In this document: piece after piece, positions 48,336 to 60,701 of the stretch | Position numbering within the stretch: the stretch's first letter is position 1 | How the letters are laid out: each line of letters starts with the position of its first letter | DNA from: Picochlorum sp. SENEW3 | Lineage: Eukaryota | Assembly: GCA_034226945.1 (NCBI GenBank) | Contig: CP120460.1 | Location: forward strand, 186,001-250,000 | Reading direction: 5' to 3' | DNA length: 64,000 bases | Notes under the pieces: generated by a model | Told to the model about the DNA's origin: nothing | The model's input: only the letters and a program-made list of their open reading frames with translations | Database searches by the model: none | Translations under genes and position numbers: made by a program

Positions 48336-49766
48336 CTATTCCTTGGTAATACTAACAATATCAACCAACCTTTGTCTATGTCGAATGCCTTTCTGACGAC
48401 TACTAGATGCATCAAAGTGATACTTTGCTCTGGCTTGCATAGAAAGTTCATCTTGTCCGCGTGATTCATTCAATATATCCTCCCACACTGCTGTAGGCAG
48501 CGGCTTTTCCTTTTCTATCAGAAAGTTATGAAGTAAGATGCAGCATTCGACTACTTCACACACCCTGTCTAATCGTTTCAAGTATACTGTATCCATCAGC
48601 ACCCTCCATCTTTGTCTGATACCTCCAAACATACGTTCAACACAATCTTGAATAATAGCAGCATGCTTCACATTGTACCCGACTTGCGTTGCATTGATTG
48701 AGGCTCCTTCTTCTCTGTTGTCAAACCCGGTGACAATGTATTCAGACAAAGGGAAGGGTGGATTGCCTAACAAATAATACGGAAACTGCATCATAACAAA
48801 TTTGATGAGAGTACACTAATGATACATCCAACAACAACAACAATGTGCTACTCACGTCATTCATCATGATTGGTGCTGGGCATTCTGCTGACTGCAGAGC
48901 CTCATACAGGTCACTATTCTGCCACACTGTTGTCTCATGAACACTCCCAGGATCGCCAATTCGATAGTATGTACACCGCAAATCTGAATCTGAGATACAA
49001 AGGCAGGCTAAGCTGGCATAACCCTGCCTGTTACAGAGGACTTGTGCATTCGTATGATTGATCCGCACATGCATTCCATCAATGGCACCATAAACACCCG
49101 GCCATCCGTATCGCTCTCTAAAACGTCTCTCTGATTCAATTATATACGCTTCACTCTTGAGCAAACGTCCATATGTAGGCCTCAATCGATAGATTAATGC
49201 ATGACTAACATCTCTGATGATTGAGGGCATTGATGACTCTTCGACATCAAATATGCGAGCTATGGAAGTAAGCGTCTCACCCGTCGCTAGATAATTCATA
49301 AAACATGCCAGCTTCCGTTTTGGACAGATTGGCTCCCTCATAGAGGTGTTCTCTTTCGCGATATCGTCCTTGATCACGTCCAGAATCTCATGAAACTGTG
49401 CCCTGCAATATTGCAACATGGCATGATTGATCATGTTATAAACACCCCAAACATGGCGTCTGAAATCTGAAATATATATGTGACGTACTCCGTCACTCTA
49501 AAAAATCTCTCATACTCGACGCCCTCCAGATTGGGAGAAGAAAGGCCGTCAATCCACTGCTGCTCAGATGTTGACCTCACCCACCAGTCATGCTCTCTCT
49601 TCCTCTTCCTCCTTCTATGAGCAGCCTCTTCTTCTTCCTCTTCAACAATCAAGTATGCTGCCATGATCAGGAGAAGATTCATCTGTCGAAGCAGTAAGAC
49701 GAGAGCCGTCGTCGTCATCTGGTAATACAGGCAACATGCCAGTATTATGACCCGTTTCTTCTCCAT
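48336..49766 (-). CDS. PIF/Harbinger transposase-derived DDE_Tnp_4 protein (HARBI1/ALP1-like), 3 exons, 424 aa
   Basis: FFRVT..QF..I, LA..MNYLATGE (HTH-like), PGVYGAIDGMHVRI, PGSVHE, YYLLGN, VERMFG.IRQRW, CILLHNF. Introns 49403-49488 and 48786-48855 give an uninterrupted frame. Confidence 0.88.
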
Positions 49767-50140
49767 ATCAACAGAAACAAGATATACAGTGCATCTATAC
49801 AATTACAGTACTTTATGGAAATAAAAAAGGGTTTCGCGCAGGTACATCATATGTATTTTCAGAACCAGCGCGTTGCTCACAACGACCTTTTTTTTCGAAT
49901 TCAGACAACTGATGGATATACCAATCATCATGAACAGTTGCTCGATTTGAATCGATGCCCCGGTCACGTGATCACCTCAGTGGGGGACACCTGGCCAGAT
50001 AGACCTACTACTACTACTACTGATCAGATGATCATTGGTAGTTCGTCATGCAAAGAGGTATTAGTATTATCAACTACTGCTACGACTGCTACCACGTAAT
50101 AGTAGCTACTACTAATAACACAGTAAAAAGAAGAAAGCAC

Positions 50141-50938
50141 ATGGCTATTCAACCACTACAACGACCTTCTCTGCAACAGTGTTGTCGTCGTCAAATGCGA
50201 ATGCCTACGTGTTCGACACTGCATATCTGTGCCCTTCCCCTTTATAAAAATACACATACGAACAATAGTAGTAGGAATTGTTGTTGCTGGGATCGGCGAT
50301 CATGGCGATCAATCGCCATGAATCACATGCAAGGCGATTGGTTCAAAACAACACCTAGAAGAGGTGTCTCACAGAGAAACAACGCGACTGGTCAATCGGG
50401 AATCGCCGCAGCATCGACTGGTTTTGTACATAGATTTGTGGCGGTGGATTCAACAGAACATCGCCAAGTGATTGATATTACAGACAATGTGAGGGAGGCT
50501 GTTCAATCAGCATGCACCCCATCTGCCCAGTCTGGTATTGTGACAATCTCCAGCATGCACACGACGTGTGCCATCATGGTGAATGAGAATGAGCATTTCT
50601 TATGCGAGGATGTGTTGCAGCATCTGAATACCCTGGTGCCTCCGACTGGGGAGTATGGACATAATAATCTGGACAAGAGGCCTGCAACAGAGAGGGATGC
50701 AGAGGCCATTAGGAAGAATCAGTATGGTGGGTTTGGGTCTATCGATGCGTTTATGAAGAATGAACCGGTGAATGCGCATGCGCATATACAGAGTATTTTA
50801 GTAGGGAATTCAACCAGTCTTGGGGTGGAGGAGGGAGAATTGGTTCTTGGTTCGTGGCAAAGCATTTTAATGCTGGAATTGGATGGTCCACGTCAGAACA
50901 GGAAGGTCAGCATTAGTTGCCTTCTCTCCTCCTCGTGA
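50141..50938 (+). CDS. YjbQ/UPF0047 family protein with transit-peptide-like extension
   Basis: IDITD.V, HTTCAI.VNENE, NAHAHIQS, LGSWQSI...ELDGPR.R. Confidence 0.9.
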   Translation: MAIQPLQRPSLQQCCRRQMRMPTCSTLHICALPLYKNTHTNNSSRNCCCWDRRSWRSIAMNHMQGDWFKTTPRRGVSQRNNATGQSGIAAASTGFVHRFVAVDSTEHRQVIDITDNVREAVQSACTPSAQSGIVTISSMHTTCAIMVNENEHFLCEDVLQHLNTLVPPTGEYGHNNLDKRPATERDAEAIRKNQYGGFGSIDAFMKNEPVNAHAHIQSILVGNSTSLGVEEGELVLGSWQSILMLELDGPRQNRKVSISCLLSSS

Positions 50939-51084
50939 GCATTTTTGTTGTTTGTATTTCATGTATTTGAATTGATATACTATAGATGATGGTAATACTA
51001 TGCCATGAATGAATTGTCGTGAGTAAAACAATGACCTGGTAGTTTTTTCTTTTGCCCTGCTGCTGCGTGTCTGATACGACGACA

Positions 51085-52521
51085 ATGCAACGGAATTTTC
51101 CCCGATCCATGCATGGAAATAATAGCAGTAAAGATGGTAAAATGCATGGGCAGCGGGGAGTACATGGGCGTGGCATTGGATTGTTTGTCCTCGGTGTCAT
51201 TGTTGGGGGGCTTTTGTGTGGATTGGCGATGGGAGGGCTACATTCTCATTCAAAGGAGGTGGCTTTTGAAGATGAGGGGGTAGATACTACGAAAGGGATG
51301 GATGTGGTGATGCCGACGAGCTTTTCAGTCATGGACAGGAATGGATGTGTGTGTCGATCCTGTGAAGAAGCGTTGGCTGGGGCGCATGATCGCTTGGTTG
51401 GGTTGGAGGATCGGATTGAATCGTGTGAGAAGGAGGCGACGGCGCGTGAGGAGGAGGAGTTTCGGAGGCAAGATGGTCTGCGGGAGGATACTACTACTGA
51501 GAAGGAGGAGGAGGAGGAGGGTGGCAATGTTTATGATACAAGTGCCGATGCCAGGCGCAGCGATAGCATGAAGACGACGAAAATGGTAAAGAAGAAGAAA
51601 AAGAAGAGAAAGGTGGCGATGGAGGGAAACAAGGGAGGCATTCAAAGAGGAGAAGAAGAGGCGTATGAATTTGCAGCAGAGCCAATTGAGGTGTTTGTTG
51701 GGATTCAGTCTGGGGTGACGTCATCAGGGATGGAAAAGACCGATTATGATTATGCTGATCGGCGGTCGACGATTCGTCATACGTGGCTTCGCACCAAGGA
51801 TGCAGCGTTTCAAAAGAAATTGGCAGATCATGGTATTGTTGTCAAGTTTGTCATGGGGCATGCGTTGGATGAGGCGTCAGAGGAGGCATTGGTGCGGGAG
51901 TCTCGAATGCATGGGGATTTGTTGCGGTTAGATTTGAGCGAGACGTATGACAATTTAGCGGAGAAGAGTCACGCGTTTTTCAAAGCGGTGATGGCATTGT
52001 ATGATCCTACCTATATTGTCAAAGTAGATGATGATGTGTATTTCAAGCTGAGTCGGTTGCCATCAATTGTTCAGCATTGGACTAGTATTGGTGCTGATTA
52101 TATTGGTTGTATGAAAACTGGAGAGATTCAAATGGATCCAAACTTTAAATGGTTTGAGCCTCAACATACATTGTTGGGTGATGCCTCATACTTTGCGCAT
52201 ACATGGGGGTCTGTGTATGTCTTGTCTGGGGCTGCTGCGCAGGCCATGTTGGAGATTAACAAGGAGCATTTGAGATTTTTTGCGAATGAAGATGTGACGG
52301 TTGGAGCGTGGATGCTTGCGTTAGATATGAAGCATTACGATGATAGGCGGTTGTGTTTGTCGGCATGTGGACATGCTGGTGTTGCTGTGATGGACATGCC
52401 TCATCCTGGATTGAAGCATGTTCACAAGAGAATGCTCGAGCTTGATTCCACACCAGAGTGTCGAGAGGATGATTTTGATCAAGATATTCAAGTGATAATG
52501 CCGTTTATGAATTTTCCATAA
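51085..52521 (+). CDS. GT31 beta-1,3-galactosyltransferase-like type II membrane protein
   Basis: N-terminal TM, RRSTIRHTW, ETYDNL..K, VKVDDDVY, YIGCMK, KWFEP, NEDVTVGAWML. Confidence 0.92.
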   Translation: MQRNFPRSMHGNNSSKDGKMHGQRGVHGRGIGLFVLGVIVGGLLCGLAMGGLHSHSKEVAFEDEGVDTTKGMDVVMPTSFSVMDRNGCVCRSCEEALAGAHDRLVGLEDRIESCEKEATAREEEEFRRQDGLREDTTTEKEEEEEGGNVYDTSADARRSDSMKTTKMVKKKKKKRKVAMEGNKGGIQRGEEEAYEFAAEPIEVFVGIQSGVTSSGMEKTDYDYADRRSTIRHTWLRTKDAAFQKKLADHGIVVKFVMGHALDEASEEALVRESRMHGDLLRLDLSETYDNLAEKSHAFFKAVMALYDPTYIVKVDDDVYFKLSRLPSIVQHWTSIGADYIGCMKTGEIQMDPNFKWFEPQHTLLGDASYFAHTWGSVYVLSGAAAQAMLEINKEHLRFFANEDVTVGAWMLALDMKHYDDRRLCLSACGHAGVAVMDMPHPGLKHVHKRMLELDSTPECREDDFDQDIQVIMPFMNFP

Positions 52522-52526
52522 TGATA

Positions 52527-55383
52527 TCAGATTTCTTTTCTATGGAATGTAATATCCCAGTCCTGAAGCAATGAGATTTTGGGGTCTCTGATGACATAGG
52601 CGAGAGGGGCACCAGTGGGGTTTGTGTGCAGGCTGGATGCCCCTGCGTCAAGCGCCTCACCATTCAGTTTTGCCGTCCAGTTGTTTACTCCGCCTCCAAG
52701 TCCGAGGATGACAATTCTCTCAATGCGAGCATCTGGTGCAAATGTCTGATCTGGTGTTGCAGCACCCTGAAGCGTGCCTGCTCGAGAGGTGAGCGTGTAT
52801 TTTGAGAATTCAAACTTTCTGTACGCATACTGGCCTCGCTGGAATGCAAAAGAATGGCCATCGTCAACGTAGACATCTCCCTCTGCTTCTTGGGTCACGC
52901 TGAGACCAATAATGATGGTGTATGGATCCTTTTCCATGGCAGCTGTGGATCGTCGCATTCTTTCCTTTGTGATGAGCATTGAGCCTCCTTTAAGGTATGC
53001 CTTTGCACCGTCATCAAGCGTACATGGGACCTGGAAGGCTCTATAGTCATAGGTTGTCTGTGGCATTGCATGTCCATCTTGCATGTCATACCAGATGTGG
53101 GCATTTGACAATGTCACAGTCACCTTGTCTGCGCCTTGATGCAGCACGGGCGCAACAAGTAATGATGGTCCCATCATAAATTCATGCTCTCTGTGAGATA
53201 TTCCCTCTTCGTTGGGGAATTCGTACCACAGTGGCCTGAGGATGGGCGTTCCTGAGACATTGGCGTGAGCAAATTGTGTATACAGGTATGGCAAAAGTCT
53301 GTATCTCTGCCTGATGGCATCTCTAATCCTTCTGGTCGTGTCTTCTCCAAATAGCCATGGTTCTCTCCTCTGAGATTCGAGATGTGCGTGCCCTCTAAAG
53401 AAGGGATAATATGCACCTAGTTGATACCATCGTGTCAGGAGCTCTGCATCAGGGTTGCCAAAGAAGCCACCCACATCAGCCCCATTGAAAGGCAGCCCTG
53501 CTAATCCAATTGATACAACCATTGGGATGGAAACTGCCAGGTGGTCCCAGTCTGCACCATTGTCACCTGTCCAAATGGGTCCAATTCGCTGAGAACCAGC
53601 GAAGAATGCCCTAGATAAAACAAATGGTCTGTCACCATCAGCGCTAGCAACTTCCTTGGAGTATCCTCTCTTTCGCTGTCCATCTGCAGTCGCCATATGA
53701 TAGAAATACCCAAAAGCATTGTGGACGTCTCTATGTTCAGCATCTCCAGCATGCTGAGCATCCTTCTTCATGGTAATTTCTGGTCCATTGAAAACAGAGG
53801 GCTCATTCATGTCATTCCACGTGTACAAGTTCTTCGTACTTCCCTTGTACGTGGAAAGAGAGAATCGACCAGCCCACCAATCGCGCGTCTTTTCTGACAA
53901 CCAGTCTGGATACATGGATGCCCCTGGCCAGCACCATCCTTCATAGTCATTCCCCTGAGCATCCTTGACATACAAACCCCCTTCTTTCGCCTCCTTGTAC
54001 ACATCCCAGTTCTCATCCTTCTTAATATGAGGATCGACAACAGTGACCATCTTTCTTCCTCGTGAAGCCAAGTCATCCTGCATTTCTACAGGAGTGGGGA
54101 AATATTTCTCATCCCAGGTAAAGTAGCGCTTGTCATTTGTGTGCTCAATATCGAGCCATAAGACATCATATGGAATACCATGGGTATCAAAACCAGCATC
54201 GACTTGGCTGACATCTTCCTCATCTTTATAATTCCAACGACATTGGTGATACCCCAGGGAGAAGAGCTGAGGAAGTGCAGTACCTCCAGTAATCATGGCA
54301 TACTGCGTACTCACATCCTTTGGAGTCGGACCCATCATAATGAACAAATCAAGAACTCCACTCTCACTAATCCATTGTGTCTTGACACCAGCTTCATCCT
54401 TCTTTTTGGCAACATCCACATACATTTCAGCGGCATTCAACCAAAACACACCCATCGTGCTCTTCAAACTGTGGGCATACACCATTGGAATAGATCCATA
54501 GAGACCAAAAGGAGATTCTGCGAGGTATTCAAACACATCCAAATTATATAATCGATACGGCTCTGACAAAGGATTGCCCTCCTGATCGACAGTAGCCTTC
54601 AGAGACAGGGAGGTTGCTCGTTCAGGCAGTCCATACACATCAGTCTGCCCTGGCCACGAAATATCAAAAGAAATCCCTTCAGGCCCACGCTTTTTCGAAT
54701 CTGTGTGACCTTTGAAACTCTCTTCCCACCAACCCGCTGGATCTTCCTCCCCTTTCTCCCTTCGATGCTCAAATGCAAACAAGTTTCCAGCATTCAAGGT
54801 CATCATTGTCTCCCATATCGACTCTGACACATCCAACCTCATAGGATCATGCTTCAGAGCAAATGTGTATTCACCTAGGGAAAGTTTCGTTATTGTATGC
54901 GATTTTTTCACCAATTTGAACGGCGCAGTCTTCTTCTCCAACGAAGGAAGAACCACATCTGGCACCTCATACCGGTCTCCATGTACAGCATTCTTCTCAG
55001 TCATGTGAAAACGCACAACAGGACCATCAAACGTTGAAATCGTCAGCAAAAACGTAGCATTCTCATCCTTCCTGTTCAACACAGTCGCCTGCAATCTATC
55101 ATCACGCACAGAAACAGAACTAGGGTCCACATAATAGGAGTCTCCCCCCTTGGTACCCCTCAGTCTTTTACAAAACGCTGCTGTATCACATGTCTGCATG
55201 GAATAGATAGGGAATGTACTTGCTTCAAAACTCACCAAGCCAACCGAATCTGAATTCCACATCGACATCACACACACACACCTTGAAGTCCTCGCTCTTG
55301 AAAGCAACACTGCCACCAAACTGCCAAAAGAGGCCGATAGCGAGAATGAACCCTCGCAGCACACTTGATCTATGTCTACTCAT
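52527..55383 (-). CDS. ER glucosidase II alpha subunit (GH31)
   Basis: Signal peptide exon (intron 55194-55281), PYRLYNLDVFEY, GYHQCRWNY, WLDIEH, catalytic WNDMNEPSVF, WTGDN, FFRGHAH. Confidence 0.96.
52548..52552 (+). promoter_or_regulatory. TGTAA chlorophyte-type polyadenylation signal (representative instance, GT31 gene)
   Basis: TGTAA lies shortly after many stops on the correct strand (near 9162, 13186, 16380, 25992, 28884, 35109, 44288, 52548, 62535 on +; TTACA near 11136, 19012, 31526, 56956, 60684 for - genes). UGUAA is the established Chlorophyta signal. Confidence 0.7.
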
Positions 55384-55830
55384 GTACCCTAGCAATGCAT
55401 CAATATATCTGCCAAAGAAAATGATACCTGGTTCACGGAATGTGATCAGCAGGCCACAGATTCTCACACTCGTTCCCACGGATCCTTATTTGGTGGGTGG
55501 AAATCAGTCATATATATTTACACATGGACATGCGTGATTACAGGCAGCAGGTTTGAGCATTTTTAATACCGAGCCACTCGATCCGATGCAAAAACTTCCG
55601 TGATTAAGATTTAAAGATTTTCAGACAGCAATTTTGTAGACAACCAGTTGACAAGAAAGAGACCGAGGTCTTATGAATTCATACCAATCCTGCCGTATAG
55701 GATATAATAATTCATCCCATTCTATGAGTATCAAGAGTATTGGTCGACAGACCTGACAGTGCTTGCAAGCAATTGCCTCTGTGGGCAGAAAAATAAATAA
55801 AGCTCATACATATTGCACTCAAGCTATGCC

Positions 55831-56952
55831 ATGAGTACCATGGGGCCCATCAAAATAGGATTTTACACGGCTCCAAAGCACACCTTGCCACACCCAGAGA
55901 CTCATATCGAGAATCCAGAGAGGTTGGAAGCAATGTATAGACATGTGAAAGAACATGCATTGGTTGATGGTGTGGTAGAAGAGATGTGTAGCTACTATAG
56001 TACTCGAGAGGCAAGCCGAGAGGAAATTGGGTGGGTCCATGGATATTATGATCAACTTGTTGACAGGGTACAACAAGCATGCATGAAAGAAGATTCATAT
56101 CTATGTGTGGCAGATGACGGTGATCCTGATGGGTGTACGTATGCAGTGGAAAGCAGTGTGACAGATGCCAAGAGGGCTGCTGGTGTCGTGTTGGATCTTG
56201 TGGATTGTGTGTGTGGCTCTGAGGAGCCTACGACGAAAGCAATGGCATGTGTTCGTCCTCCAGGTCATCACGCTACGGGGTCAACAAGCCTGGGTTTTTG
56301 TATTTTTAATTCTGTTGCCATTGCTGTGAGGTATGCCATGAAAAAGTATGATGGAATTGAAAGGGTGTTGCTGGTTGACTTTGATCTTCATAATGGGAAT
56401 GGTACTGCGGAAATATTCTGGGAGAGTTCTGATGTCTGTGTTGTGGACATTCATGAGAAAACACAGGTGTATGAGCCTCCTGAATTTGTTCCAAATGACG
56501 CCAATGCTGTTGGAGGTGGCAAAGGGCATGGGTACACTGTCAACGTCCCTTTAGAGCATGCATCAGGACATCATAGTGTGGTGCGAGTAATGGAAGAGAT
56601 TGTGAAGCCAGTTGCGGAAAGGATCAAGCCAAATCTGGTGATGGTATCTGCTGGGTTTGATGGCCACAGAGACGATCCATTTGGCATGTTGTGCATGGTG
56701 GAGGAGACGTATGAGTATTTGGGAGGATTTCTGAGCAGTATCGCTGATACGTATTGTGATGGGAAGATTTTGTTTGTGCTTGAGGGAGGATATAATCCAG
56801 ATGCGTTGGGGAAATCAGTGGTTGCAACCTTGCAGGGGGTTGTATCCCAAACACCTGCTGCTCACAGCGGTCCACCTCCATCAGCGGGGGATCTGCAAAG
56901 TGATTCAATTATTGACACCGTTAAGCGAATCCATAGCATTGGAAATTCATAG
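55831..56952 (+). CDS. Class II RPD3/HDA1-family deacetylase (HDA14-like)
   Basis: H.E.PERL, RPPGHHA, GFCIFN, DFDLHNGNGT, SAGFD, LEGGY. Confidence 0.9.
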   Translation: MSTMGPIKIGFYTAPKHTLPHPETHIENPERLEAMYRHVKEHALVDGVVEEMCSYYSTREASREEIGWVHGYYDQLVDRVQQACMKEDSYLCVADDGDPDGCTYAVESSVTDAKRAAGVVLDLVDCVCGSEEPTTKAMACVRPPGHHATGSTSLGFCIFNSVAIAVRYAMKKYDGIERVLLVDFDLHNGNGTAEIFWESSDVCVVDIHEKTQVYEPPEFVPNDANAVGGGKGHGYTVNVPLEHASGHHSVVRVMEEIVKPVAERIKPNLVMVSAGFDGHRDDPFGMLCMVEETYEYLGGFLSSIADTYCDGKILFVLEGGYNPDALGKSVVATLQGVVSQTPAAHSGPPPSAGDLQSDSIIDTVKRIHSIGNS

Positions 56953-56964
56953 ATGTTACACGTG

Positions 56965-59900
56965 TTAGGATACTGATGATACTATTGCAGGCCAGAGTTT
57001 CTCAAATATTTGCAGAGATGGCTTCTTCACCCATGATGAGATCTCATGCTTGAGATACGATTGATCTGATTCCCATGCAGATTTCAAATCATACCGTGTA
57101 TATACATGGCGAGATTCTAAAGCTTTGATGAAATCGAATAGCCTGCGATGCACTCTCATCTCTGGCATTGCCATGATATTTGGTGATGCAGAAAGATGAG
57201 ATGCGAGCTGTTTCATTGGCGGAACCACTGTTCCATCAAGAATGGCCATGCCAAATATCGCTGCTCTTTCTTTTGATTCCGGGTGCGACAGAGGCAGTTT
57301 AGGAAGGGGCCATTGCAAGGGTCCGTAGGAGACATCATGCCATGCCATGACACAATCAGCCTTGTAGACGTACTTTGGCGAAGGATCAGAGAGTGGTTTG
57401 GATACACTGCAAAGTGCAGCAGCAGCATGATAAATCCAAGTAGGATCTATGGCTGTCAATCCTACCATGTACGCTCGCTTCTCCGTTTTGATAATGTCTG
57501 AATAGACAATCCACTCTGGGCTGGTTGAATGCAGTGATGAATTGGGATGGAGAAATACATCTTCATCCAGAGCAATGCTCTCATAGCGCACTGCTCGCGT
57601 TCTGGATCCTGCCTCCACTTTTTTCTTCAAATACTGGGATGATCTCACTCGTTTTGCGACGCGGTCACTCCATCCTGCAATGATGGCTTTCTGTAACGCA
57701 ATGACAATTGGCTGGGTGAGCTTTGGTCTTTTTGTTTTTACCAAATCTCTCATTTGCAGCAACTGCGCCGACGAACCCGAAATTATACGCTCAAGCTGTT
57801 TTGTAAGTTGAATTCCCTCGCGCAAGTGCTTGAAAATTAAAAAATTATCCCGACAAAACGCAGAACTGCCTCCACTGTCTTCAAATGCACAAAGTGCATT
57901 CATGACACTCAGTGCATCACTCTCTGGAACTCTAAGCTTCGAGTGCGCAACGTATAAATTCTGCGCCTTTTGTTTCCTCATCTCTTTGTCTAAATCTTTG
58001 TTACCGTCTTCATCAGTATGATCTTGCAAAGAACTCGCATTGATGAAGGGAGACTCCAAACTCATTGCTGCCGTTAGCCTGATGGCAAACTTTATCAACG
58101 CATCGACGGCTGCATCCTGTCCTTTTGTGGAATCAGCATTTTGAAGTACCTCCAAAAGCATTCGTGAATGCCGCGGACTGATAGGGAGCTGTGCCATTCC
58201 CATTCCTATGTCTGTCAAAGAACCCGAGGATCTGTCAAGGGCAGACAGAGAAACCAGGCACTTTTGAGCTGCTGCCAAACTATCCATATCTGGTGGAGAA
58301 GGAAACGGAAAATTAGGAACGTTTTCCACTCCAATACTCTTTAGCAATAAAACAACGCCCTCCAGCGCGACATTATATATCTCTGGGGGAGAGAATTGAG
58401 CAAACATATCATTGTACACTGCAGATGAAAACAGTCTATAACAATGTCCTGGGCCAAGCCTTCCAGATCTACCGGCTCTCTGATCGGCAGAAGCTTTACT
58501 AATCCATCTGACTTCGTATTTCGCGATTCCTGATGATGCCTCAACGAGTCTCTGCTTAGATCGCCCAGCATCGACCACATAGCGAATCCCTGGAATTGTC
58601 AAGGAGGTTTCTGCAATATTTGTTGCAACAACAATCAATCGGTGGCCCTCTGGTGCACCTTTGAAAACTTGAGCTTGCTGCTCAGATTTCAGCATGGCGT
58701 AAAGCGGTAGAACCCAGACACGCTGTGCTCGACCTTCTGCAGGATCCTTCTCAAGCTTGAGAGCATCCTCAACATCACCGTCACTTCCTCCATTCAGCAC
58801 AACCACATCCTCCTCCTCTTCTTCCTCTTCCTCTTCACTAATACCTTCGTAATCATCTTGAGAATCAAGTACCTCGTCATCATCCTCCCAAGACACCTCT
58901 CCTGCATCGATCCCATCAAGAATATCATCAGTTTGCTCAACAATGTTCTTTTTTTTATCCTCAACCTGCTCTGATTTCTTCTTATCAAACGTTTTACGAA
59001 GCTTACTACAGAGAGTCTCTACTTCTCTTTGACCTGTTAAGAAGACAAGAATCCCACCATCCGGAAGGTTTCGATGAATCTGACACGTCTTTTTAAAGGC
59101 AGCCCCCACATAATCATCAATCTCAGTCCTCTTTTGAAAATGCACCGCGACAGGATATTGTCGAGCATCTACATTTATCACTGGGGGTGGATCACTGAAT
59201 AGTTTTTTATTCTCTACAAAATCCGCAATCCTTAATGTTGCACTCATGATGATGAGTTTGAGTGGAACAACACCATGTTCTTCCCCTGACTCTTCAAACA
59301 TCTTTCTGCGCAACTTGACTACCCGCGACAGCATCCCCAGCAAAATATCTGTATTCAATGAGCGCTCATGGGCCTCATCAATAACTAGCACATTATACTT
59401 TTTCAACAGAAAGTCATCCTGGACCTCTCGTAAAAGAATTCCATCAGTCATGAATTGCAGCTTTGTTGCATCTCCTATCCGCCTGTCGTATCGAACATGA
59501 TAGCCAACGACACCACCAATCTTCTCACCAAGCTCTGCAGCAACTCGAGTTGCAGTACTCACCGCTGCAACCCTACGAGGCTGGGTAACCCCAATAATCC
59601 CATCATTGACAAAACTATAGCCTGCTTCATACAGAAATTGCGGAACTTGTGTCGTCTTACCGCAGCCAGTCTCACCACATAGGACCAGAACATCATTATA
59701 CGAAACAGATTCCATAATTTCTTGCTCCATGCCAATGATTGGAAGCGAGGACCGTGCCTCCTCTATTGCAGGATCACGCTCCACCATCACAACTCTTCTC
59801 TGAATATTTTTTGATCCTTCTACGTGTCCCCCTGGCCTCTGCTGATCCTCTTCATCAGTATCATCATTCTTCCTCAAAAGTTCAATTTCCTTCTTGGCAT

Positions 59901-60636
59901 CTTCCACCATTTCCCTTACTGTCAACGGATCTTGGTGAACATTGCCACCCACCACATCTCCTTCTTCCTCTGATGATGATGACTGTGCTTCTTCTTCCTC
60001 CTCCTCCTCTTTTTCTACTATTTCTGGTGCAAATGTATTTCTTTTATGCGATTCCGTATGGTCTGCTATCCGTCGATCAACAGCCCCCGCACCTTCAGCA
60101 ACACTCTCTGGCTCCTCAGAAGCAACCCCTGAATACAATTTCATATCCTCTGGAACATCGATACCAGCACGCTCCATGTACAATGCCCTCTTCAGCATAT
60201 CTTTCTTTGACTCACTCTGCCCTCTCGATGCCACAGACCGCATAATCCGCAGCGCATCATCCCCAAGCTGATGCTCAGCAAGTCTACTCAACACCTCCTG
60301 ACGCTGTGCCCTCTTTTGCTTTTCTTCCTCGATCTTTCGCAGTTTTCGCTGTTGCGACTTGCTTAAAACCTTTTTATTCTTCTTCACATCTTTATCGCCC
60401 CCATCCGAGTCCACCTCGGCATGATCAGCGGCAGAAGAAGGCTCGGGTGCATTTGGAAGAATACATGCATTCGTATCCACTCTGCACAATGCCAAGGGAA
60501 ACCCCACTCATTGGTATCAATGGGTAAAAAAATAATATATGAAATGCATTACTATGACGTACATTGTTGATTGAGCACCAGATTTTGCACGAAGAGAGCC
60601 AAGATCCTTTTGCTTTCGTTTTCTTTTCGACCTCAT
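56965..60636 (-). CDS. DHX37: DEAH-box RNA helicase DHX37/Dhr1 (ribosome biogenesis)
   Basis: GETGCGKTTQVPQFLYEAGY, DEAHERS, MSATL, acidic insert, ATNIAETSLTIPG, QRAGRSGR; first exon MRSKRKRK via intron 60482-60562. Confidence 0.92.
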
Positions 60637-60701
60637 TGCTCAGCTGCTATACCTTTAACATCAATGCCTGTGGCAAAAATATTTTACACAAAATATTCAA
60701 A

